IMG/VR virus record: IMGVR_UViG_3300036791_000129
Location: 1-53,224 of that record
Reading direction: 5' to 3' (one strand)
Length of the DNA: 53,224 nt
Origin: a virus
A model generated the notes under the pieces. It was not told the DNA's origin. It did not search any database and saw only the letters and a list, made by a program, of their open reading frames with translations. Position 1 is the first letter of the stretch. Each line of letters begins with the position of its first letter. The position numbers and the translations under genes are program-made. Of the stretch, positions 33,519-42,649 are shown one piece after another.

Positions 33519-33991
33519 TGCAATTTACTTTCAGCATGTTTATTACCAATCAAATGACCATATATTGACTGACCAACTGCCTTTTCAACAGACCAATTAT
33601 ATAGTTGTAAACGATTCCACAATGTATAATAATTCATTCCAATAGCCTCAGCTAATGCTGCTATTGAAATTTCTTCGCCATTAACAATAACAGTTATTGT
33701 ATTTCTTCTATTTCTATTTTGAATTTTCCAATCAGACCAACTACAATTTTCTGGTGTATAATCACCAGAATTATTTTTACGTTCTAATGTGGATTTAGGA
33801 TTAGGTTTCATTCCCATATCATTTAGGAAATTTTCAAATCCGTTAGAAATATTCCATTCATCACATACTTTAATTCCTCTACCGCCATAACGAGAATATG
33901 CAGGATGATTAACGTTATTGCAACGCGCTTTCATTGCATTATAAGCTGCATATTCAGAAGTCTTTACCATACCATGTTTAGGAAAAGCCAT
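33515..33991 (-). CDS. Free-standing homing-endonuclease-like DNA-binding protein (usually annotated as HNH endonuclease)
   Basis: YAAYNAMKARCNNVNHPAYSRYGGRGIKVCDEW..FENFLNDMG...ERKNNSGDYTPENCSW matches a motif block very common in phage HNH-annotated genes. Confidence 0.5.
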   Translation of the reverse strand: MAFPKHGMVKTSEYAAYNAMKARCNNVNHPAYSRYGGRGIKVCDEWNISNGFENFLNDMGMKPNPKSTLERKNNSGDYTPENCSWSDWKIQNRNRRNTITVIVNGEEISIAALAEAIGMNYYTLWNRLQLYNWSVEKAVGQSIYGHLIGNKHAESKLQ

Positions 33992-34863
33992 TATGCATCT
34001 TCCAATTCTACATCGGATTCATCTAACAAATCGGCAGATACATCTATTGAATCTGGCAAAACTGGTTCTGCCCAACAACGACATTGATAATCTTCACCCG
34101 GTTCATTACCATCAGTTTCATCTGGTGGTTGACCCCATTGGAAAGTTTGCCCATCTACTGCATCGTGAGTTTCCCTAACTCGTTCATCTCCAACAGTTCG
34201 CCACACATAACTGTCAATACCAGCGTCAGTTTGTCTTTCCCTAGTTAATGCACCATTCAATTTGGCAACTTGATCACGCGCAATCAATCGAGCGCGACTT
34301 TCACTAACGTCAACTCTACTAGACATAATTTCATAAATATCGTTAGTTAAGTCATCAACAGTTTTACCAGACATAAGCGCATCTATAGTTTGCTCTTGAA
34401 TTTCCATCATTGTTTTGTTTGGAATATCATTGATCAATGCCGCGTTAGTATGTGCCCAATCTTTCAAAATAGGAATATAAGTAGTTGGATCTTCTCTAGT
34501 TGGATTAACTCCATACTGGGATCGAATTAAAGAACGCCATTCTTCACGGTTATAATCATTAACCTGTAACGGAACTTTAGTTGCACGAGCAAACGTTAGT
34601 TTCTTCGGATCAACCATATCCTTTGCTATCTTTTGAAAAACTTCATACAAATCATCGCGCCAAGCATCAACACGTACCACACTACCTGTAGGTAAGTGAT
34701 GAATGTTAGCGGCTTCCGCAACCATATTTGGGATAGCAGGAATCATATGCCTTTTTAGTGAAAGTCTTAGCTGATGTGTTAGCCATAGCAAATTTTTCCG
34801 GTAGGAATATTCTATGCCTACTGGATATTTCATTGGCTTAATTGGTTTTCGTTTGCGTGGCAT
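33991..34863 (-). CDS. Head morphogenesis protein (Mu F / SPP1 gp7 family)
   Basis: RTVGDERVRETHDAVDGQTF...GEDYQCRCW signature. Directly downstream of the portal gene. Confidence 0.7.
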   Translation of the reverse strand: MPRKRKPIKPMKYPVGIEYSYRKNLLWLTHQLRLSLKRHMIPAIPNMVAEAANIHHLPTGSVVRVDAWRDDLYEVFQKIAKDMVDPKKLTFARATKVPLQVNDYNREEWRSLIRSQYGVNPTREDPTTYIPILKDWAHTNAALINDIPNKTMMEIQEQTIDALMSGKTVDDLTNDIYEIMSSRVDVSESRARLIARDQVAKLNGALTRERQTDAGIDSYVWRTVGDERVRETHDAVDGQTFQWGQPPDETDGNEPGEDYQCRCWAEPVLPDSIDVSADLLDESDVELEDA

Positions 34864-36304
34864 TATTAGTTGGCTTTTGATTTTTGTTAGTTGGCTTTTG
34901 ATTTGCGGTTTTCTGTGCTACTCCTGGCGCATCCATCAGTGATGTGTCAACGTCATTAGCATAACCAACGTCATCACCAAATACTGGCATGTCGGTATCG
35001 AAATCAAATTCGGAATATTTGTTGACAACAATAGTTCTAACTTCTTCTGGAGTCAAAATTTGATTCGTCAATAAACTAACTAATGCAGTTACTTCTGCTG
35101 TATTCGCTTGTTGCTTTGCAAAATCAGTTTGCGCTTGTTCTAGTTCTGTTGGCAACCACAAAGGATTAAATTCAATATGCCAATCCTCCGGTGCTTTGCC
35201 ACGCAACGCAGATTGAGTCCACAATATTGAAGTTAGTTTTTCTAATGCTGGTCTAGCAATAACATTTTGAATATGTGAAATCACGCCATAGTAAGATTCA
35301 AGATCGCCACTGCCAGTTTGATTAAGTCCGCGCGTTGATTTACCAAACAAAATAGTTATTGGAATACTTGATGATGCTGCTAACGCAGTTTGAAATTCAT
35401 CTAACATTGCTTGAACGCCTTCCATACTGGCGTTCATTACTGTATAGCTATCAGTTTTATCAACTACAACTGAGTTCAAATTGCCTCTAACCAAATCAAC
35501 TAAATTAATTCGTTTCTGAACTAAATGATCATCGCCTTGAGCAAACATGTTGCCCAAGCCTTCCATTTGATATACACCTTGTTGTTTGCGTTCTAACAAA
35601 CGTAATGCCCAATCCAAACCTTGCAAGTAACGCGAAATGTCAACATAAACCGCATCAAGTATTGAACGGCCCGCCCATGGAATACGATTATAGTTTAAAA
35701 TTCCTGCTGGCAATGGATCGCCGCCAACTGGAATCAATCTGCTTTCGTGTACTTGAAACGCCGCCATGTTTTGCGGCGCAATAGTGTAAACTTCAATTTT
35801 ACCAAACGTTGTTGGGTCTATAATGTTATTATAAATAATGTCAGTTGCATGTACACAAGTCAAATCATAAACTCTAATTTCCTCAATTGAATCAATGTTA
35901 TTCAAATTCAGCGGATCAATTAGATCGCCACCATCTTTAGCGATTAACAATAAAACTGCGCCACCATACAATCGTGCCCATCGAATCACATCAGCCATTC
36001 TTGTTAACACTTGCAAACGATCATATTCGTTTGCCATCAGTTCTTCTTCATCTTCCTCAATTTCAACCCCACGCTGAAACGAATCATCAGCCGGTCGATC
36101 AACTATCTTTTGCGCTAATCCATTATTCAAATATAAATTGGTTAGATGATAGTTAGTAAATCTGAACTGTTGATTCCAGTTACTATAAAATGGTTGCTGT
36201 TGAAATGTTGACTGCGTGCGATCTAACCCTGGCGTATTCAAGCCAGATAGTAAATTCATAAACGAATCACTACGAATATCATTCATGATGACAACGCTAC
36301 CCAA
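34838..36304 (-). CDS. Portal protein
   Basis: 488 aa, located between terL and the Mu-F-like gene. Confidence 0.7.
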   Translation of the reverse strand: MGSVVIMNDIRSDSFMNLLSGLNTPGLDRTQSTFQQQPFYSNWNQQFRFTNYHLTNLYLNNGLAQKIVDRPADDSFQRGVEIEEDEEELMANEYDRLQVLTRMADVIRWARLYGGAVLLLIAKDGGDLIDPLNLNNIDSIEEIRVYDLTCVHATDIIYNNIIDPTTFGKIEVYTIAPQNMAAFQVHESRLIPVGGDPLPAGILNYNRIPWAGRSILDAVYVDISRYLQGLDWALRLLERKQQGVYQMEGLGNMFAQGDDHLVQKRINLVDLVRGNLNSVVVDKTDSYTVMNASMEGVQAMLDEFQTALAASSSIPITILFGKSTRGLNQTGSGDLESYYGVISHIQNVIARPALEKLTSILWTQSALRGKAPEDWHIEFNPLWLPTELEQAQTDFAKQQANTAEVTALVSLLTNQILTPEEVRTIVVNKYSEFDFDTDMPVFGDDVGYANDVDTSLMDAPGVAQKTANQKPTNKNQKPTNNATQTKTN

Positions 36305-37671
36305 CGATCATAATTAGAAACTGTGTTAGTTAGTTCAAGGAATGCACCGCTACTGGCGTCAACATAATCATCATGGTCCGATGATGGAAATGATTCCATT
36401 TCGCGTAAGTAATCACGATTCCACTCACCAGCTACAATATCCACATTGCCAGCTTGCCATTGGGCTGACAATGGTTCCGCGCGCGTTTTCTTTGGCCCGG
36501 TTTCTCTAATTGACTTAACTATAAACCCTGCCAAATAGTTAGTTAGTGAAACCACTTGATCTTTGCCAGCTTGGCCAGGGTCTTGCGGAATTATTGTGGT
36601 AACTCTGTTATAATTTGTACGATCTTGGCCAGCAATATTACGAATAACATCACGCACAATATTAGCAGGCTTCCGCAAACTAACACCATCAGCAATAACA
36701 AATCTCCCGTTTTCCCGTCTACCCATCAATATTGATGCCGTTGCGCTAGGTGACGGATTATCTTCACTTGGTTCTGTAGCTGCTAAATCCCAGCGTCTAA
36801 CCCAATGCCTAACATCAGTAGGCGCAGCTTCAACAGTTTGAGTTTTCAACGATGGAAAATACGAGCCTTTTTGCGGTTTGATTTTCCAGTTACCATTTAA
36901 CAAACGTTCGCGTTCCACGCGATTCAATGCTGTTAGATTGGCTTTATAACCCGGATCAGCATTCAACAGAATTTGGTTATCATCTAACGTTGCAGGAATG
37001 AAGGTAAATGACTTGGATTCCAAATTCGGAAAATCTAACAACAACTCCTGGCGCGAGCGCGCCCATATTAGTTTTGAATCCAAGCGTACAAAATATCTAA
37101 CTATCCCTGAACGTTCGGAAATTGGATAACCAGTCTCTTGGTCAATATACCAATCAACTAACTCAGCAACCCAACTATCAGCATCAGGATTACAGGTGGC
37201 ACGGATATAGGGAATAACTCCACAAGTAGAACGATTGCGCGATAACATATACCAAAACTGATGCGCAGTAAAATGTGTTAGTTCATCATAACCAATTAAC
37301 GGAATCTGCGAGCCTTGCCAATCGTTGACTGCTAACAACGTATGCAAGTGTGAAAATGTTATGGTAGCGCCAGATTCAAACGTCCATTGATGTTGTGGTG
37401 AGAACTTTGGCAATCCACCAATTTCACTATAAATCTGTGCGCTAGTATCAAACAAACCACCTTCATTGGTGATTTGCACTGCTTCACGGCGAAAAATCAC
37501 TGCACCATATTCAGGGTTATCAATATGCCGCGCCGCTTCTAACAGTAACGCATAAGTTTTACCGCCACCAGCAGCGCCACCATAAATAGCAATATCGGCC
37601 GCAGTCCCAATGAATTGGGATTGCGGGCCAGGCTGCGCCCGAAATGGTTCTAGCTGTTGGCCATCATACAT
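36283..37671 (-). CDS. terL: Terminase large subunit
   Basis: Walker A YGGAAGGGKTY, GYDELTHF (Walker B-like) and a C-terminal nuclease-type region with acidic residues. Upstream of the portal gene. Confidence 0.85.
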   Translation of the reverse strand: MYDGQQLEPFRAQPGPQSQFIGTAADIAIYGGAAGGGKTYALLLEAARHIDNPEYGAVIFRREAVQITNEGGLFDTSAQIYSEIGGLPKFSPQHQWTFESGATITFSHLHTLLAVNDWQGSQIPLIGYDELTHFTAHQFWYMLSRNRSTCGVIPYIRATCNPDADSWVAELVDWYIDQETGYPISERSGIVRYFVRLDSKLIWARSRQELLLDFPNLESKSFTFIPATLDDNQILLNADPGYKANLTALNRVERERLLNGNWKIKPQKGSYFPSLKTQTVEAAPTDVRHWVRRWDLAATEPSEDNPSPSATASILMGRRENGRFVIADGVSLRKPANIVRDVIRNIAGQDRTNYNRVTTIIPQDPGQAGKDQVVSLTNYLAGFIVKSIRETGPKKTRAEPLSAQWQAGNVDIVAGEWNRDYLREMESFPSSDHDDYVDASSGAFLELTNTVSNYDRWVALSS

Positions 37672-37686
37672 CTTGTTAGTCCAAAA

Positions 37687-37720
37687 CTAAACTTTTCCGC
37701 CAATTGGCGGAAAAGTTTAG
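37687..37720. repeat. Perfect 34-bp palindrome, copy 2; identical to 593..626
   Basis: Exact match. It extends to 36 bp (37686..37721) and lies 15 nt upstream of the terL ATG. Confidence 0.9.
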
Positions 37721-37745
37721 TATTATGCTAACGCTTAGAATGCCT

Positions 37746-38060
37746 CTAACCACCCGAATCCACATCAATAACCGGCCCGCGATGTTGCACTTGCCGATTA
37801 TTATTTTCCAATATCACTACTCGTTTGCTTGTATTGCTTTCACTATTATCAATAGATACGTTAACTTGTCGCATCGGTTTACCATAACCACGATCTAAAC
37901 AAATCTGTGCAGCATGGAGTCGAATCATTATATCTTCATCTTCAAGTGCATCATCTAACACTTGCATGATTTTTGGCGCACGCTCGCGGCACCCTTGCAT
38001 CATGTCGCGCAAGGTGGTCAGTCGCGCAAGCTGCTGGCGAGGCTCGAATCCATCGGGCAT
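37746..38060 (-). CDS. Possible terminase small subunit (104 aa)
   Basis: Directly upstream of terL. LHAAQICLDRGYGKP resembles the conserved helix of P27-type small terminases. Confidence 0.4.
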   Translation of the reverse strand: MPDGFEPRQQLARLTTLRDMMQGCRERAPKIMQVLDDALEDEDIMIRLHAAQICLDRGYGKPMRQVNVSIDNSESNTSKRVVILENNNRQVQHRGPVIDVDSGG

Positions 38061-38105
38061 GTTAGAATCCTTCTTGCCACGGAAATCATTCCGAAGTCAA
38101 GCCTG

Positions 38106-38552
38106 TCAAGCCGCACTGACCATCACGTTGCTGTGAAGCATCCATTTGCGCATGTCCGCATACAACTTTGCATCGTTAGTATATAATCGCATTTTTTCCA
38201 TATAGAAAGTTTGCTTGTTTAACTGCAACCAATTACGCCAATCATTGAATACTATAAAACCATAACCAACAAAATCATCACTATGATTCAATAACCCATA
38301 AAACAAACAACACAAACCACCATTCATTTGCCACTTAGCAAACCACGCTGCCTGCGCAGCAGTAAATGTTGCAAATGAAAATTGATTCTTTTTTCCCATT
38401 GTTATTAGCTTCAATTCAACAGCTACAACTTTACTGTTAGGCAATTGAAGCAAACGATCTGGAGACCCAGCGCGATTGCCTTGACTAATTGACCAGATTT
38501 GATAGTCAGAAAACAACGTCCCAAAAAAGTTTCCTACATGCACTTCACGCAT
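38106..38552 (-). CDS. VRR-NUC / PD-(D/E)xK nuclease
   Basis: GSPDRLL...VVAVELK...TAAQAAW matches the G-PD...ExK...Q motif order. ATG 38552 has an AGGAG Shine-Dalgarno 8 nt upstream; the track uses GTG 38561. Confidence 0.55.
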   Translation of the reverse strand: MREVHVGNFFGTLFSDYQIWSISQGNRAGSPDRLLQLPNSKVVAVELKLITMGKKNQFSFATFTAAQAAWFAKWQMNGGLCCLFYGLLNHSDDFVGYGFIVFNDWRNWLQLNKQTFYMEKMRLYTNDAKLYADMRKWMLHSNVMVSAA

Positions 38553-38885
38553 GGTTAGCACTCCTGGCGCGCGCCCCGCGCATTAGATGTTCTACCATTG
38601 TTCACGCTCCTGGCGAGTCTTACACTCGACCTTTGTAAGGAGAATTTTTACCCACCATAAGTCATTGATAACATAGCCAAAAAAAACCTTACACTCTTAC
38701 ACGAAATTCGGTACCCTTCTTCTTACTATATAATATATTTTAAAAAACCCCTCTTTTTTCTATATTGAAGTTTCTATCTATATAAACAATGTAATAGTGT
38801 AAGATAGAACAATTTTCTAAGCGATTTCAATGGGTTAGCGTCCTTACATCCCTCAAATTCTGAGATGTTTGTTTCGGTATCAATG

Positions 38886-38912
38886 TAATAAATGAACGCG
38901 CCAGGAGCGCGT
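38886..38912 (-). terminator. Hairpin acgcgc-tcctg-gcgcgt followed by UUCAUUUAUU, after the replication module
   Basis: 6-bp GC stem 4 nt downstream of the stop at 38916. T-rich on both sides. Confidence 0.45.
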
Positions 38913-38915
38913 ATT

Positions 38916-40577
38916 TTATTGTTCATCGTCGCGTTCCAGTTTGGTTAGCAATTCTTCAAACTTTAATTTACCAACGTAATAATATTTTCTAACAGTATCA
39001 ACACCATCTTTTTGTAAATGCTTAGGAACATATCGCACAACATTATCAAACTGAAAATATTTCTTCAATACATGAATAATATCCTTCTTATAAATATGCA
39101 ATTTTTCAGGGTTAAACCACCGTGCGCTTTCAATCCATTCTAAACACTGCGGAATAATAAATCCATCATCAACTTCATTCTGCCGTAGTTTCAATTCTGT
39201 TAGTAATGTATGGAACATTAGTGGTTTCGTTTCTCTTGGCTCAACTTCTGTTCTTCGTAAATTACGTTCTGCTTCTGTTAGTCGTGGTGACACTCCCATT
39301 TCCCACAAATATTTCGCTTGTGCATATAACTGTGGGATTTCAAGTTCTAATGCGTCTAAATCAATTTCTCTAGCAGCTAAGTAAATTGGATTGAACCTAG
39401 TATTACTTGGTTCATTGCTGTTAGATGATGGTAAATAATTGCCAGTTTCATTGGTAGTTATAATCAAAATGCCTACTCGCGCTGTATATTCAACTTCATT
39501 CTGATGCATCGCGCGATTAGCATCATGGGTGTTAGTTATCCATGCTTTCAGTACATCGCGATCACGGGATTTGATATTACCACCTTCTGGCATTTCAACA
39601 ATTGGTTTACCCGCAATTTGTCGAGTGATTTCATAACCCTCAGTATTTCTGTTGAATTGAAATTGAATATAGAAACTTGGGTGCAGCGCCAGAAGCCTAC
39701 ATAATCTTGATTTGCCACTTTCTTCTGGACCCTCTAACACTACTACGCCACGATAATCATAACCCGGATCAAAACAACGCGCCATTAAGCCAAGGAATAG
39801 TGAATGGCCAACTACGTTAGCCCATTGCTTATCTCTTGCGCCAGCAAAACGATAGAGAAAATCCATGCGATCTACATGGTCCCATTCTGGCAATCCATTT
39901 GTTAGAAAATCTTGGTATAAGTTAATAACATTTTTTCGCGCAGCAACAAGCATTGCATCTTTTAATGCCTGCCATCTAGTTTCACCACGGAAAAAATTAG
40001 AGAGATAGTCTTTCAATTCCGCCAATTGATAAGTAGTGTTTGCATTATAATATCTAACAAACTTAGTTTGCTTAATGGCATGATCATCATAATATTTTAT
40101 TTCGAAATAATCTCCTTTGAGATGGTGATTCCACGGTAATTCCATACCATTATAAATTTCATAATAACACTTGCCAGAAAATTCGTCATACACTAACGGC
40201 ACCTTTTTACTCTGTAGTAATACCATTTGAATATTACGTTGCGTAGGTAATGGAACGCCATTGTTATCAACTTCAAAATTGATTTTGAAACTAGGATCAA
40301 AATGGTCATGAAATTTTTCGTGTAGTTTCCTGTCATTTTCAATTTTGATATCAGCTTTAATTGATTCGCGAATAAAACTTTTACTTCTACCATTGCATAC
40401 GTTCAAAATGTCTTTGACCGCTAACCTATATTGTGGCGGATTGTTCTCTAACAATTCTAATAGAAGTCTGATAATTATTTTTTGCTTTGAACGATACCAA
40501 TTGATAATATCTTGCGCATTTGTTTGCTCTTGAATGTTAGTAATAATTTCTTCAAAAGTAATAGTATCTTCACTCAT
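38916..40577 (-). CDS. VirE-like / P4-type replicative helicase (553 aa)
   Basis: Walker A VVLEGPEESGKS, followed by ...ILIITTNE (Walker B-like). Its size and its position next to a primase-like gene fit. Confidence 0.6.
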   Translation of the reverse strand: MSEDTITFEEIITNIQEQTNAQDIINWYRSKQKIIIRLLLELLENNPPQYRLAVKDILNVCNGRSKSFIRESIKADIKIENDRKLHEKFHDHFDPSFKINFEVDNNGVPLPTQRNIQMVLLQSKKVPLVYDEFSGKCYYEIYNGMELPWNHHLKGDYFEIKYYDDHAIKQTKFVRYYNANTTYQLAELKDYLSNFFRGETRWQALKDAMLVAARKNVINLYQDFLTNGLPEWDHVDRMDFLYRFAGARDKQWANVVGHSLFLGLMARCFDPGYDYRGVVVLEGPEESGKSRLCRLLALHPSFYIQFQFNRNTEGYEITRQIAGKPIVEMPEGGNIKSRDRDVLKAWITNTHDANRAMHQNEVEYTARVGILIITTNETGNYLPSSNSNEPSNTRFNPIYLAAREIDLDALELEIPQLYAQAKYLWEMGVSPRLTEAERNLRRTEVEPRETKPLMFHTLLTELKLRQNEVDDGFIIPQCLEWIESARWFNPEKLHIYKKDIIHVLKKYFQFDNVVRYVPKHLQKDGVDTVRKYYYVGKLKFEELLTKLERDDEQ

Positions 40578-41623
40578 TTTACATTCTCCCGATATATTGC
40601 TTGTTTTCCCATCTTGATACCATCTAAGATGGTTTGCATATCTTTCTTGAAATTACGCTGGCCACTCCAATCATTGCAAGAGTCATAAGCCGATTCAATC
40701 GCTTCAATTTCATCTAACACATTTTGACCAATTAGTTTACCTAACAAAATACAATAGCCAAACAGCATGTTGTGACGTTCACCAGTACCAAGTCTACCAA
40801 TTTTGAAATATAAGCTTTCAGAAATTCGCTTGGCACTTTGCTTGGTATATCTAACTTCTTCATCAATAATGCGGCGTGGTGGCGGCATAGTAACCGAAAC
40901 ACCTTTCGATTCACCACCATACCACAAAATACGTTGCTTTACCGGGTCAGTTATACCAACAAATATAGGTGCCGCAGTATAAATTGGTTGTATTGGATTG
41001 AACAACGTTAGATCAATAGCTGCGCCAGGAGCATCAGCTTTTAACCAAGTTTTCAATTCATAATTACTGACCGGACGATCGGCCCAAAAGAAAACGCGCA
41101 TTCTAATATCGGGCTTAATGCTATAACTAGCTGATGCAACAGCGAAACATTCAGCCACACTAAATGGCAACGGTAATTTCATTAATACATTATTCAAATG
41201 TGCTTGTAGATTCCATTTCCAATCTTCGTGATAACCCTCCATATCACCTAATTGATCATCATCAAATTTGGTAGATAATCCATCAATATCTAACGCAAAC
41301 CAGTTTTGATCTTCTAGAACTAACGTAGCTTCATCACCAACATATTTTCTAACTACATGTTTTCTATTATTCATATCTTTAACCCGCGCACGTAAGAAAC
41401 AGCAGCGCGGTTTAGCTAACATCCTTTGGCTTAGTAAAAACAGATCATGTAAATTCCATATTTCAACTTCATAAAAGTTGAAATATTTAACGCGATCATA
41501 TGCAACTTGATGGTCAGGAAAATTGCGTTTGGTCAACACCAAGTTCGGCGAGGCAGCTTGCGCGACTGTGACCATATTGGGCTTGACACTGGCGAAATTG
41601 TCACTATAAAGGGAGTCAGACAT
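40574..41623 (-). CDS. Replication initiation / primase-polymerase-like protein (tentative)
   Basis: NWFALDIDG resembles AEP motif I. It is translationally coupled to the helicase gene. The other AEP motifs are not clear. Confidence 0.3.
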   Translation of the reverse strand: MSDSLYSDNFASVKPNMVTVAQAASPNLVLTKRNFPDHQVAYDRVKYFNFYEVEIWNLHDLFLLSQRMLAKPRCCFLRARVKDMNNRKHVVRKYVGDEATLVLEDQNWFALDIDGLSTKFDDDQLGDMEGYHEDWKWNLQAHLNNVLMKLPLPFSVAECFAVASASYSIKPDIRMRVFFWADRPVSNYELKTWLKADAPGAAIDLTLFNPIQPIYTAAPIFVGITDPVKQRILWYGGESKGVSVTMPPPRRIIDEEVRYTKQSAKRISESLYFKIGRLGTGERHNMLFGYCILLGKLIGQNVLDEIEAIESAYDSCNDWSGQRNFKKDMQTILDGIKMGKQAIYRENVK

Positions 41624-41645
41624 GGTGGCGTCCTTTCGTTGCTAT

Positions 41646-41693
41646 GTTAGACATTGCGGGTGTATCCTCGTAGTGTGGCGTTAGACATTGCGG
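41646..41693. repeat. Two exact 14-bp direct repeats GTTAGACATTGCGG (41646..41659 and 41680..41693)
   Basis: Read directly from the sequence, 34 bp apart, just upstream of the minus-strand replication operon start. Confidence 0.85.
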
Positions 41694-41797
41694 CTTCCTT
41701 CGCTGGGTATGACGTGATGTTCGTTGCGTTCCTGTTGTATGCTCTTTCATGCTTTGTTCCATGGGCATGTTAGGGATTTGCTTACTACCCTTAACTG

Positions 41798-41835
41798 CGC
41801 TCCTGGCGGTCTTTCCCTCGCCAGGAGCGATTTTT
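41798..41835 (+). terminator. Hairpin cgctcctggcg-gtctttccct-cgccaggagcg followed by ATTTTT
   Basis: 11-bp perfect stem made of the over-represented motif. The T-run is on the plus strand, but no plus-strand gene lies upstream. Confidence 0.4.
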
Positions 41836-41905
41836 AGGGGAATTGCAAGCCTAACATAACAACACTGTCACAGGCAAGCCATAATCGTGAATCGTAATAA
41901 CTACG

Positions 41906-42196
41906 ATGACGAAATCTGTTATCTATCCCAAATCACCAATTGATAGTTTGATAATACTATGGGCTTGTTGTGTTATTGACTATTACAAAGATAACCGTAA
42001 ATTATTAGCGCCACTTTATATGCGCCAAGAATTAGGTGAGGAAGCGCAACAGTTGTTCGCTGATGCCTGTTATCTTGCTGATGGTGTTTTCCTTGACACC
42101 TACAAAATGCAGCTAACCAAACGCGGGCAATTTATCTGTGATAACTGGCAAGTTATCAGTGACAGGATATTTAGAGTCAATGCTAACCCGCATTAA
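41906..42196 (+). CDS. Hypothetical protein (96 aa), a lone plus-strand gene inside the minus-strand block
   Basis: ORF convergent with the GcrA-like gene, with only a 5-nt gap. Confidence 0.5.
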   Translation: MTKSVIYPKSPIDSLIILWACCVIDYYKDNRKLLAPLYMRQELGEEAQQLFADACYLADGVFLDTYKMQLTKRGQFICDNWQVISDRIFRVNANPH

Positions 42197-42201
42197 CTTT
42201 A

Positions 42202-42423
42202 CTAACGACTATATTTACCGCCGCGTTGTTTAGTTGATTTTTCCAGCGGAATGATTGGTTCGCGCCGTGGAAACAATTCACGATGCCTGCGAATTAGTCC
42301 AGCTAACGCGCCAGGAGTTAGCAATAATTGCTTGGCAATTTTTGGCGTGGTAATGCCATTATTCCAAAGTTGAATTGCTACTTTCAATTTGGCTTCCGAA
42401 TGCACTATCCTCTTGTCTGTCAT
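42202..42423 (-). CDS. GcrA-like HTH protein (73 aa)
   Basis: KLKVAIQLWNNGITTPKIAKQLLLTPGALAGLIRRH resembles the GcrA N-terminal pattern LW..G.S...IA..LG.T.NAV.G...R. Confidence 0.5.
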   Translation of the reverse strand: MTDKRIVHSEAKLKVAIQLWNNGITTPKIAKQLLLTPGALAGLIRRHRELFPRREPIIPLEKSTKQRGGKYSR

Positions 42424-42649
42424 CGTAATAACACTCCGTACAGAGAAATATATACTGACACTCGCCTGGACACTCTAACTCTGGAAATTGCCAACATCGC
42501 GGCAATTGTTGTGGTTTAGCAGCAAACATATTGGGATGCCGATGCACCCAAATATCAAACCGATTAAGGGTAACTCCAAGTTTGTTAGCAATTACTCGTT
42601 TGCTAACTCCATTAGTCCATAGCTTGGCAGCATATTCTATTCGAGTCAT
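42359..42649 (-). CDS. GcrA-like HTH protein, second paralogue (96 aa)
   Basis: EYAAKLWTNGVSKRVIANKLGVTLNRFDIWVHRH. The Cys-rich C-terminal tail overlaps the next gene by 65 nt. Confidence 0.45.
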   Translation of the reverse strand: MTRIEYAAKLWTNGVSKRVIANKLGVTLNRFDIWVHRHPNMFAAKPQQLPRCWQFPELECPGECQYIFLCTECYYDDRQEDSAFGSQIESSNSTLE

